Shown here: positions 36,669 through 45,351 of the stretch, in pieces
Position numbering within the stretch: the stretch's first letter is position 1
Layout: every line of letters starts with the position of its first letter
Assembly (NCBI GenBank): GCA_004367505.1
Contig: SFCB01000064.1
Span: 692 to 64,691 of the forward strand
Length of the DNA stretch: 64,000 nt
Direction of reading: 5' to 3'
DNA from: Chloroflexi bacterium OHK40
GTDB lineage: Bacteria > Chloroflexota > Chloroflexia > Chloroflexales > Chloroflexaceae
The notes under the pieces: model-generated
The model's database searches: none
Told to the model about the DNA's origin: nothing
What the model saw: only the letters and a program-made list of their open reading frames with translations
Made by a program: the position numbers and the translations under genes

Positions 36669-39600
36669 TCAGGAGCGCGTTGCGAGCAGCTCGATCGTCT
36701 CGTACTGGAAGTCGGCCGCCAGCGCGGTCAGGCGGGCTGCAAGTTCGGGCCAGCCCTGGCGCACACGCTCCAGCGCCGCCGCGACCAGCTCCGGGTCACT
36801 TTCGGCTGCCGCCCGTGCCAACTGCGCGGTGAGCGGAGCAGGCAGCACGGCGAGGTCGCCGGGATGGAGCGGCGGCGCCGGATGCTCTCTGGCTGCCGGA
36901 CGCAGATCGAGCCCGAGGTGGCGGGCGATCCGCGCGATCAGCTCGCCGGGGTAGACCGGCGCGTCCAGCAGATCGTCGTAGCCAGCCCCGTGCAGGGGCG
37001 GGTGGGCATTGCCACTCTGATTGTGAGCCACTAGCAGCACCACCGTGGCGCGGCCCGCCGGGTGGTCCTTGATCTGCCGAGCCATTTCGAAGCCGCTGGC
37101 GGGAGGCAGATGGCCGTCGAGCACCACGACGTGGGGGCGCCAATCGGCCCAGATCGCCATGGCCTGGGTGCTCTCGCTGGCCTCGCGCACGTCCAGCCCG
37201 GCTTCGGTGAGCCAGGCAGCCTGGAGCCGCCGGCGCTCCCACTGGTCATCGGCGACAAGCACACGGTAGCGCCGGCCGCTGGTCACCAGCGAGATAGCCG
37301 CAGGCGTTGGGTTCGGTGGCCCGGGCTCCGCCGCCAGGTCCACCAGCACCTCGCACGTAAAGACCGAGCCGACCCCGGGCTGGCTCACCACATTAATGTC
37401 GCCACCCATCAGGCGGGCGATCTGGCGGCTGAGCGCCAGACCCAGGCCGCTGCCCTCGCGCGCGCTGCGGCCCGTGGACGTCTGACTGAAGGGCTGGAAG
37501 AGCAGCGCCATGTCGGCGGGTGTGATGCCTTCCCCTGTGTCTTCGACGGCGATCGCCAGGCGGATGGAGCCGGCAACCGGTTCTGCCCCGGCGCGTACCA
37601 CCACGCCGCCCGTATGGGTGAACTTGATCGCATTACCGATGAGATTCAGCAGCACCTGCCGCAGCCGGCCCTCGTCGCCTACCACGTAGCGGGGCACATT
37701 CGGGTCGATCCGGATCTCGATCGTTAGCTGCCGGGCCGCAGCCTTCAGCCCAAAGAGCTCCCCCACATCCCGCAGGAGTTGGCGGAGATCGAAGGGGGCG
37801 GGGTTGATCTGCAGCCGGCCGGCCTCGATCCGGGAGAGTTCGAGCACGTCGTTGATCAAGGCGAGTAGATGCTCGCCGCTGCGCCCGATGATCTGCGCCA
37901 GCTCGCGGTGATTGGGGGCCAGCCCGGCATCGCGGCCGAGCAGTTGGGCAAAGCCGATCACCGCGTTGAGCGGAGTGCGAAGCTCATGGCTCACATTGGC
38001 GAGGAAGATACTCTTGGCGGCGGAGGCGGCCTCGGCAGCGGCGCGGGCCGCCTGGGCCTCGGCGGCGCGGCGGGCCAGGGCCTCATTTGCCGCCCGCAAA
38101 TCGGCCGTACGCGCGGCCACCTGCTGTTCGAGCTCCGCTTTGGCCCGCAGCGTCTGGCCGTAGAGGCGCGCGTTCTCCATGGCTGTCGCGGCCTGGGCCG
38201 CCAGCAGGCTCACCAGCTCCAGGTCGCCACTGGTGAAGGGCCCGAAGATCGCCCGCACATCGGCGTAGAGCACACCCACCAGGCGCGCCCCGCTGATCAG
38301 GGGCACAACGATCGCCGTGCGCGCCCCGAGAACCTGATCATCATCCTGCTCTATGGGGAGCTCGCGCAGCAGGGCCCGGCGCCTGCGGCTCGCCTCGGCG
38401 AGTAGGGGCTGCACGCTCGCCCGCAGCTGCGCCTGCGCGACCGGCGTCAGGCCACGTCCAAGCAGCACCTCGGGCTCACCGCCGGTGCCGGTTTGCAGCA
38501 CGATGCGCTCGGCGCCCGTCAACTCGACGACCTCGTCCAGGAACATCTCACCCAGCGCCCGGGCGTCATGGAGCTCGTTCATGCGGGCCGTGACAGCGAG
38601 CATGCGTGTGAGCTGGTCTTGCAGGCTCGCCTGCCCATCGGCCGAAAGCTCCAGGAACGGGCCACCCTGCTGGGCCAAGGCCGTGACGATTCCCCGGTTC
38701 ACTGCGACGCGGCCCAGATAGCTGCGCCGCAGGCCGCAGTCACTCAGAGTGGCGATCCCCTGGAGCAGCGCCTTGCGCGCCTGTTCCAGTGTAGCTGCCC
38801 GCTCGGCGGCGTCGCCTGCCACCGTAAGCACAACCCAGTGCCACCACCAGACCTCCGCAGCCAGGAACTCGGTGCTGGCATGCCCGGCGGAAAGCAGCGC
38901 CACGGCCTCCCCGCTGATCGCCAGCGCGGGGCCGTGCTCGCCAGAGAGATGGTGCACCGCGGCCCGCAGCGCCAGGGCCGTGGCTCGCTCACCCAGAGCG
39001 CCCAGCGCCTGAAATGTATCGGCGGCGATATCGAGCAACCGGGCCGCCGCGCTCAGCCGGCCCTCGGCGAGATCAACCCGCGCCGTGCCCACGAGGCAGA
39101 CGGCCGCCGTAAAGCGGTTCCCAGCCGAGCTAGCAAGGGTGTAGCCCTCGTGGAGCGCGGCCCTGGCCGGCCCGCTCTGCTCCAGGCCCAGCAGGGCGCG
39201 CCCGAGCGTCTCCAGCGTGGTGGCGATCAGCTCCAGCGCGCCGATCGCCCGGGCGAGGCGCACGGCCCTGGTGGCATAAGCACGGGCCTGATTATAGAGG
39301 CCCAGGCCGGCGTAGACAATGCCGAGGTTGTTGGCCAGGGTGATCTCGATCTCCCGGTCGCCCAGAGCTTCCACAATCACCAGGCCCTGGCGATAGACCG
39401 AGCGGGCCAGGGCCAGGTCGGAGGTGGCAATGCCGATCGCGTTGAGCGCCTGAGCCTCGGCGGCCCGGTCGCCGATCTGCCGGCAGAGCTCCAGAGAGGC
39501 GTTGAGGTAATGCATGGCCTCGCCTGTCCGGCCCGTGTTCGCCGTTACCAGGCCGAGCAGCCGCATGGCCCGTGCCTCACCCCGCTGGTAGCCGAGCTCT

Positions 39601-40082
39601 CGGCAGACCGCCAGGGCATTGCGGGCGTGTTCGGCGCCCAGGTTGTAGTCGCTCAGGCTATAGGCCGTATCGATCAGCGTCAGCAGGCTCTCCGCCTCAA
39701 CCTGGCGCGCACCGATCGCCCGGGCCTGGGCGAGGATCCGCTCGGCGAGCTGCCGGCCACGCTCGGCATCACCGCCGAGCACGAAGAGCGCCGCGCGCCG
39801 CACCTCGACCGAGAGCCGTCGTGCCCTGTCGCCGAGTGCGTCGGCGAGTTCGGCCAGGAGCTCGACCTCGGCCAGCTCAGCTCGGTAATCGCCGGCACTG
39901 TGCAAACATTCGGCCCGGGCGAGCCGGAGCTCGTAGGCCAGTTCCTCGGCGCCACTCGCTGGGAGCAGCTTGATCGCCTCCTGGTAGCCAAAGGCGGCCA
40001 CCGGCATGTCGCCGGCGGCCCGGGCCGCCTCGGCCTCGCGGCAGAGGTCGTGGAGCAGGGTGTGGGTAGAGTGCTCCATCAC
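36669..40082 (-). CDS. Hybrid sensor histidine kinase: TPR array + GAF + HisKA/HATPase + receiver + C-terminal helical domain
   Basis: 1137 aa. H-box [19 protein letters not shown]; G-boxes [16 protein letters not shown] and [18 protein letters not shown]; receiver YRVLVADD...VVVLDGHLP; a long TPR-like N-terminus. Confidence 0.88.
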   Translation of the reverse strand: MMEHSTHTLLHDLCREAEAARAAGDMPVAAFGYQEAIKLLPASGAEELAYELRLARAECLHSAGDYRAELAEVELLAELADALGDRARRLSVEVRRAALFVLGGDAERGRQLAERILAQARAIGARQVEAESLLTLIDTAYSLSDYNLGAEHARNALAVCRELGYQRGEARAMRLLGLVTANTGRTGEAMHYLNASLELCRQIGDRAAEAQALNAIGIATSDLALARSVYRQGLVIVEALGDREIEITLANNLGIVYAGLGLYNQARAYATRAVRLARAIGALELIATTLETLGRALLGLEQSGPARAALHEGYTLASSAGNRFTAAVCLVGTARVDLAEGRLSAAARLLDIAADTFQALGALGERATALALRAAVHHLSGEHGPALAISGEAVALLSAGHASTEFLAAEVWWWHWVVLTVAGDAAERAATLEQARKALLQGIATLSDCGLRRSYLGRVAVNRGIVTALAQQGGPFLELSADGQASLQDQLTRMLAVTARMNELHDARALGEMFLDEVVELTGAERIVLQTGTGGEPEVLLGRGLTPVAQAQLRASVQPLLAEASRRRRALLRELPIEQDDDQVLGARTAIVVPLISGARLVGVLYADVRAIFGPFTSGDLELVSLLAAQAATAMENARLYGQTLRAKAELEQQVAARTADLRAANEALARRAAEAQAARAAAEAASAAKSIFLANVSHELRTPLNAVIGFAQLLGRDAGLAPNHRELAQIIGRSGEHLLALINDVLELSRIEAGRLQINPAPFDLRQLLRDVGELFGLKAAARQLTIEIRIDPNVPRYVVGDEGRLRQVLLNLIGNAIKFTHTGGVVVRAGAEPVAGSIRLAIAVEDTGEGITPADMALLFQPFSQTSTGRSAREGSGLGLALSRQIARLMGGDINVVSQPGVGSVFTCEVLVDLAAEPGPPNPTPAAISLVTSGRRYRVLVADDQWERRRLQAAWLTEAGLDVREASESTQAMAIWADWRPHVVVLDGHLPPASGFEMARQIKDHPAGRATVVLLVAHNQSGNAHPPLHGAGYDDLLDAPVYPGELIARIARHLGLDLRPAAREHPAPPLHPGDLAVLPAPLTAQLARAAAESDPELVAAALERVRQGWPELAARLTALAADFQYETIELLATRS

Positions 40083-41146
40083 GCGGCTGTGTCCAGTGCG
40101 AGCCGGCCCCAGTTCATCACCCGGTTGCGCCCCGCGCGTTTGGCGGCGTAGAGCGCCTCATCGGCACGGGCGAGCAGGAGCTCCAGGCTCTCGCGCAGCT
40201 CAGCGCCCTGCAACGCGGCGACGCCGATACTGACCGTGATGGCGATCGGGTTGGCCCCCCCGCCGAGCGGGCTGCGCCCTACCGCCTCACGGAGCCGCTC
40301 CGCTGCCTGCTGAGCCTGAGCCGGGCCGGTGTCGGGGAGGAGCACCACCAGTTCCTCGCCGCCGTAGCGGGCCGCAACGTCAGCGCTACGCAAGTTCGCC
40401 GCGAACAGTTGCGCCACTGCCTGCAACACCTGGTCGCCCACCTGGTGCCCGTGGTTGTCGTTCACCGCTTTGAAGTGGTCCAGGTCCACCATCAGCAGCC
40501 CGAGGGGGCTACCCGTGCGCCTGGCCCGCTCCAGTTCGCGCCCGGCGAGCTCGAAGAAGTGGCGGCGGTTGTACAGCCCCGTAAGAGCATCGGTGCACGC
40601 CATCTGGCGTAGCTCTTCCAGCAGCCGCATGTTGGCAGCCTCGGCCTGGCGCCGGGCCTCGATCTCGGCGTGCAGGCGGGCATTTGTCCGCTCGAGCTCG
40701 CCCAGGCGCTCGGCGAGTGCCTCGTTGGCCACCTGGAGCTGCAAGTGCAGCTCGCGCAGCGCCAGGTGGGTGTGAACACGGGCGAGCACTTCGTTCGGGT
40801 TGAGCGGCTTGGTGACATAATCAACCGCGCCGGCCGCGAAGGCGTGAACCTTGACATCGGTTGCGTCCAGCGCGCTGATGAAGATCACCGGCACCGCCTG
40901 AGTGGCCGGGTCCTGCTTGAGCTGTGCGCACACCACGAAGCCATCCAGATCAGGGAGGCGCACGTCGAGTAGGATGAGGTTCGGCAGGGCTTGCCGGGCG
41001 ACGGCGAGTGCGCGCTCTCCCCGCGTGACGGCGCGAACCCGGTAGCCGACCCCTTGCAGGACTTCGGTGAGCAGCCGCAGATTCGCGGGCGTGTCGTCTA
41101 CGATCAGGATGTCGCCGCGAGCACCGGGGCCCACCGGTTCGTCCAT
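40079..41146 (-). CDS. Response regulator with GGDEF output domain (PleD-like), active-site variant GGEEL, I-site RSAD retained
   Basis: REC domain DILIVDDTPANL...LILLDVRLPDLDGF, a coiled-coil linker, and GGDEF-domain blocks DALTGLYNRR and RSADVAARYGGEELVVLL. Its stop overlaps the start of the downstream kinase. Confidence 0.88.
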   Translation of the reverse strand: MDEPVGPGARGDILIVDDTPANLRLLTEVLQGVGYRVRAVTRGERALAVARQALPNLILLDVRLPDLDGFVVCAQLKQDPATQAVPVIFISALDATDVKVHAFAAGAVDYVTKPLNPNEVLARVHTHLALRELHLQLQVANEALAERLGELERTNARLHAEIEARRQAEAANMRLLEELRQMACTDALTGLYNRRHFFELAGRELERARRTGSPLGLLMVDLDHFKAVNDNHGHQVGDQVLQAVAQLFAANLRSADVAARYGGEELVVLLPDTGPAQAQQAAERLREAVGRSPLGGGANPIAITVSIGVAALQGAELRESLELLLARADEALYAAKRAGRNRVMNWGRLALDTAA

Positions 41147-41210
41147 GATGCGTTCCTCAATGGCTTCCGTTTCAGCGCGCTATCCGGGCCGATTCGTCAG
41201 TGTGCTTGCC

Positions 41211-41219
41211 ATTATATCA
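41211..41219 (-). promoter_or_regulatory. Extended -10 promoter element (TGATATAAT on the minus strand) for the RR-GGDEF/kinase operon
   Basis: Plus strand ATTATATCA at 41211-41219, about 65 nt upstream of the start codon at 41146, in a locally AT-rich gap. No convincing -35. Confidence 0.4.
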
Positions 41220-41358
41220 ATTGCACGTGAAGATGCCGCATGCGGCGTCGCCTCACAACGCACCCGAATATCTTGCGCGACAATCAGCACTCCAACATCT
41301 ACAATCTAGGGTGGTATTATACCTACCGGTTGTACGATAGCGCATCGTAGCCTCTTTC

Positions 41359-42336
41359 CTACGGGCGCCCATCGGCAAGCGTCCAGTGTAGCCGGCGCAG
41401 CCATTCGTCCCAGGCAGGCTGGCCGGCGGCGCGGGCGAGCAGGCCGGCGGCCTGGCCAAGCGCAAGCGCCTGAAGTGTCTCGGGGTCGAGGCCGAGGGCC
41501 GTGGCATGCTCCGGGCCATACCCTGCTAGCAGGGCCTCCCAACCAGCCGGCGACACGCCCCGGAAGCGTAAGGTCCACCCGGCCCACGCCAGGTCGAGCC
41601 GGGGGTCGCCCCAGCCAGCCAGTTCCCAGTCCAGGAGCACGAGCCCACCCGCGCTCCAGAGGACGTTGTGCAGGCCGGCGTCGCCGTGGATGAGCCGTGG
41701 CCGGGCAGGGTTCCAGGCGGGGTGGGTGAGGGCCTCGGCGAGCGGCCCGCGTAGTTCGCCAGGTAGCGGCAGGTCGTTCAGCCGGGCCGCGAGGCGTGCC
41801 GCCCGTGTGGCCACCAGGAGTCCGGTGGCCTCGGGCTCCGGCGGCGGGGCCAGCGCCCGGCGGTGCAGGCGGGCCAGGGTACGCCCCAGGGCCGTAAGCG
41901 GCGCCATGAGCGCCTCCTGGGGGCCGCCATAGAGCCGCACCCCTGGCAGACCCCGGCGCTGCCGTAGCACCAGCACCGTCCACCCTTCGTCCTCGACTGT
42001 GGCGAGGAGTCGCGGCACCGCCAGGCGACGCCGCAGCAGCGCCAGAACGTGTGCCTCGCGCCGCAGATCGGCGCGCTTCTCAGGGCGCTCAGCGGCTTTG
42101 ACAACCAGCGGCACGCCGCCGATACGCGCGGTGACCGTCAGATTCGAGAAGCCGCCCTGCGCCGGTGCCAGCGCCGTCAGCGGGTGGCCGGGGAAGGCCG
42201 TGGCGAGCAGCGCCTTCACCGGTTGAGGGAGCAGCGACGGTTCCCGGTCGGAGTTGCGCGAATCGGGCGCGGCCGCGCGTCTATTGGAAGGGGCGCAGCG
42301 CGCAGCGCCGGGCGCGACAATGTATTGAGGTTCCAT
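41359..42336 (-). CDS. APH-fold phosphotransferase family protein
   Basis: GGFSNLTVTA glycine-rich region, the Brenner motif LIHGDAGLHNVLW, and LLDWELAGWGDP. The true start may be downstream of 42336. Confidence 0.7.
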   Translation of the reverse strand: MEPQYIVAPGAARCAPSNRRAAAPDSRNSDREPSLLPQPVKALLATAFPGHPLTALAPAQGGFSNLTVTARIGGVPLVVKAAERPEKRADLRREAHVLALLRRRLAVPRLLATVEDEGWTVLVLRQRRGLPGVRLYGGPQEALMAPLTALGRTLARLHRRALAPPPEPEATGLLVATRAARLAARLNDLPLPGELRGPLAEALTHPAWNPARPRLIHGDAGLHNVLWSAGGLVLLDWELAGWGDPRLDLAWAGWTLRFRGVSPAGWEALLAGYGPEHATALGLDPETLQALALGQAAGLLARAAGQPAWDEWLRRLHWTLADGRP

Positions 42337-42345
42337 GGAGTGGCC

Positions 42346-43968
42346 ATGTCCGCAAGCGCTGATGGTACAATAACGCAGTTTACACCGGACGCCAATGGGT
42401 GCCTGCCCATGCTAGAGCATATCGACCTCGACGTGCGCCTCTCCAGGCGTGACTATCAGCAGTGCATGCCCGAGCTCCAGGCCAGACTCTATGATATGGA
42501 GCAGGCAGTGCTCGAGGCGCGCGTGCCGGTGCTCGTGATCTTCGAGGGCTGGGCCGGCACAGCCAAAGCGCGCATGATCGGTGTGCTCACCCGCCGGCTG
42601 GACCCACGGGGCCTGCGTGTGCACTCGATCACGCCCCCGCGTACCTACGAGCAGCAGTATCCCTGGCTCTACCGCTTCTGGCTGAAGATCCCGAGCTACG
42701 GCCAGATAGCGCTCTTCGACCGCTCATGGTACCGCGAGATGCTCGCCGAGCGCACCCGTGGCGGTGATGCGCTGCGCTGGCGCGCCCGCTGCGAGGACGT
42801 GGTCGGCTTTGAGCACCTGCTCGCCGACGATGGCGCCGTGGTGCTCAAGTTCTGGCTCCATATCTCCGCCAAAGAGCAGGCCCGGCGCTTCAAGCGGCTG
42901 CTGAAGGATAAGCTCACCGCCTATCAGGTGACGGACGAAGACCGCTGGCAGCACCGCCACTACCACAGCTATGCTGCGGTGGTGGAAGATCTAATCGCCC
43001 GTACCGGTACCCCCGCCGCCCCCTGGCACGTCGTCCCCGCGACGGATAAGTACTACGCCCGGGTGGCTGTGACGAAGACCATCCTTGCCGCGCTGGAGGC
43101 TCGCCTCGGGCGGAGCACTGTCGCCCTGGACGCGGCGGCGCAGTCGGCGGGGCCCGATGTGGCGGGCGCCGCTTTTCGCCGGCGTGGTGTGAACGGGCTG
43201 CCGCCCGCGTCCGCAGCCCCCGCCGAGCCTGCTGTCGGCGCGCCGCGTATCTTGCGGGGGGTGGATCTCAGCCAGCAGCTGGACGAGAAGAGCTACAGCC
43301 GCTCACTGAAGCGCCTGCAGGCCCAACTGCACCTGCTCGGTCTGGCGCTCTACCGTCAGCAGCGCCCGGCCGTGCTCGTCTTCGAGGGCTGGGATGCAGC
43401 CGGAAAAGGTGGGGCCATCCAGCGCCTTACCGCCGAGATTGACCCGCGCAGTTACACCGTCCACGCGATCGCCGCGCCCGCCGGCGACGATAAGCTGCGT
43501 CACTACCTCTATCGCTTCTGGCGCCGCCTGCCGCCCCGGGGCCAGATCGCAATCTTCGACCGCTCCTGGTATGGCCGGGTGCTCGTTGAGCGGGTCGAGG
43601 GCTTCGCTCGCCCCGACGAGTGGGCCCGCGCCTACGCCGAGATCAACGAGTTTGAGCGCCAACTGGCCGATTTCGGCACGATCATCTGTAAGTTCTGGCT
43701 GCACATTAGCCCCCAGGAGCAGCTGCGTCGCTTTGAGGAGCGCCAGAATGTGCCCTACAAGGCCTGGAAGCTTACCGACGAAGACTGGCGCAATCGCGAG
43801 AAGTGGCCGCGCTACGAGGAAGCCGCCGACGAGATGTTGCTGCACACCTCCACCCCCGCTGCTCCCTGGACGATTGTCGAGGCCGAGGATAAGCGCTTCG
43901 GCCGGATCAAGGTGCTCCATACCGTGGCTCAGCGCCTGGAGGCGGAGCTCGGCAAGGTCGATCTGTAG
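42346..43968 (+). CDS. ppk2: Two-domain polyphosphate kinase 2 (PPK2) family protein
   Basis: Two tandem PPK2 modules, each with a Walker-A-like FEGWAGTAKA / FEGWDAAGKGG, FDRSWY and KFWLHIS.EQ..RF blocks. The ATG at 42346 follows GGAG. Confidence 0.88.
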   Translation: MSASADGTITQFTPDANGCLPMLEHIDLDVRLSRRDYQQCMPELQARLYDMEQAVLEARVPVLVIFEGWAGTAKARMIGVLTRRLDPRGLRVHSITPPRTYEQQYPWLYRFWLKIPSYGQIALFDRSWYREMLAERTRGGDALRWRARCEDVVGFEHLLADDGAVVLKFWLHISAKEQARRFKRLLKDKLTAYQVTDEDRWQHRHYHSYAAVVEDLIARTGTPAAPWHVVPATDKYYARVAVTKTILAALEARLGRSTVALDAAAQSAGPDVAGAAFRRRGVNGLPPASAAPAEPAVGAPRILRGVDLSQQLDEKSYSRSLKRLQAQLHLLGLALYRQQRPAVLVFEGWDAAGKGGAIQRLTAEIDPRSYTVHAIAAPAGDDKLRHYLYRFWRRLPPRGQIAIFDRSWYGRVLVERVEGFARPDEWARAYAEINEFERQLADFGTIICKFWLHISPQEQLRRFEERQNVPYKAWKLTDEDWRNREKWPRYEEAADEMLLHTSTPAAPWTIVEAEDKRFGRIKVLHTVAQRLEAELGKVDL

Positions 43969-44105
43969 ATGATCGAACTGTTAGTTTGCGCTCCCCTCCC
44001 TGTTGTGACGCCGTAACAAGGGGATGGTACAGTGCGCCGGTGATCGGCACCGGCGCGCTGTGGTTGGCCCACGCCCCCAGCGCCCATCATAGACGCGAGG
44101 AGGCG

Positions 44106-45323
44106 ATGGCCAAGCGCATTCTGGTGGTCGACGATAGCCCGATGAACCTCAAGGCCGTCTCGGTGGCCCTGGAGGCCGCCGGCTATGAGGTGCTCCTCGC
44201 GCGCGATGGCCGTGAGGGCCTCGAGCGAGCCGAGACAACCCTCCCCGACCTGATCATCCTCGATGTGCAGATGCCGGAGATCAATGGCTACGAGGTCTGC
44301 CGGCGCCTGCGGCGCTCGCCCACCTTCCTCTCCAAGCCGATCCTGATGCTCACGGCCAATAGCGCGCTCCATGAGCGGGTGCAGGGCCTCGAGGCCGGCG
44401 CCGACGACTACATGAGCAAGCCATTCGAGGCCGAGGAGCTGCAGGCCCGCGTTAAGGCGTTGCTGCGCCGGGCCGGCCTGGTAGCGCCCGCCGCTGCGGA
44501 GCAGGCGAACGGGAAGGTGCTCGCGCTCTTCTCGCTGCGTGGTGGGGTTGGCACCTCCACCCTCGCCGTGAACATGGCCGCGGGCCTGGCCCAGCTCTGG
44601 GGGTCGACCGTGCTTGTTGACATGGTCTTCACCGGGGGGCATAGCGCCCTGATGCTCAACCTGCCCATGCGCACGACGTGGGGCGATCTCGCCCCCAAGG
44701 CGAGCGAGGAGATCGACTCGACCGTGCTGGAGAGCGTCCTGCTCACCCACCCCTCCGGGCTGCGCGTGCTGCCCTCGGCCTCGCGCCCCGAGGCGAATGA
44801 GCCGATCACCGCCGAGTTGGTGGCCAGCGTGGTGGGTGTGCTGCGCTCACGCTACCGCTACGTCGTGCTTGATATGCCCCATAACTTCAGTGAGACGACC
44901 CTTGCCGCCCTCGACGCCGCCGACCAGATCCTGCTGCTGCTGGCGCCCGAGATTGGCTCGGTGGTGGCCGCCAACTGCGCCCTCGATGTCTTTACACAGC
45001 TGGGCTACCCGAGTGGCAAGGTGGCGCTTGTGCTCAATGCCCCCTTCGAGCGTGGCGGGCTGGCGCGCAAAGATATTGAGACGACCCTGCGCCGCCCGAT
45101 CGTCTCCGCCATTCCCTACGCCGGTGATCTCTTCGTCCAGGCGCTGAACCGGGGCGCTCCACCGGTGATCGAGCTGCCAGGAAAGCCCCTCGGTGCCCTG
45201 CTGGAGGATCTGGCCTACAGCTATAGCGCCGAGGAGGATACCCGCCGCCCCGTGGAGCGCCCCAACGCCGCCCTCCAGCGCGTCCACCAGCGCATGCAGA
45301 TGCGACGCCGCGCCCGGGCCTGA
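44106..45323 (+). CDS. Response-regulator receiver fused to a CpaE/TadZ-like (MinD/ParA-fold) domain with a degenerate Walker A
   Basis: REC domain [13 protein letters not shown]...[15 protein letters not shown]...LMLTA...DDYMSKPF. The P-loop region reads [16 protein letters not shown], without the GK[ST] lysine. Confidence 0.8.
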   Translation: MAKRILVVDDSPMNLKAVSVALEAAGYEVLLARDGREGLERAETTLPDLIILDVQMPEINGYEVCRRLRRSPTFLSKPILMLTANSALHERVQGLEAGADDYMSKPFEAEELQARVKALLRRAGLVAPAAAEQANGKVLALFSLRGGVGTSTLAVNMAAGLAQLWGSTVLVDMVFTGGHSALMLNLPMRTTWGDLAPKASEEIDSTVLESVLLTHPSGLRVLPSASRPEANEPITAELVASVVGVLRSRYRYVVLDMPHNFSETTLAALDAADQILLLLAPEIGSVVAANCALDVFTQLGYPSGKVALVLNAPFERGGLARKDIETTLRRPIVSAIPYAGDLFVQALNRGAPPVIELPGKPLGALLEDLAYSYSAEEDTRRPVERPNAALQRVHQRMQMRRRARA

Positions 45324-45351
45324 TCCATCCCACCTTGCCCCAGGAGTATCC

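Noticed and set aside
42049-42345. N-terminal extensions in the ORF track. Examples: PPK2 from 42049, GH4 from 17673, APH from 18992, valS from 50560, glpF from 26563, glpC from 33754, the RR-TadZ from 43986, the kinase from 45193, and the secreted protein up to 3636.
   Set aside because: The extensions overlap upstream genes or are Arg/Pro-rich. In each case an internal start with a good ribosome-binding site coincides with the start of family homology.
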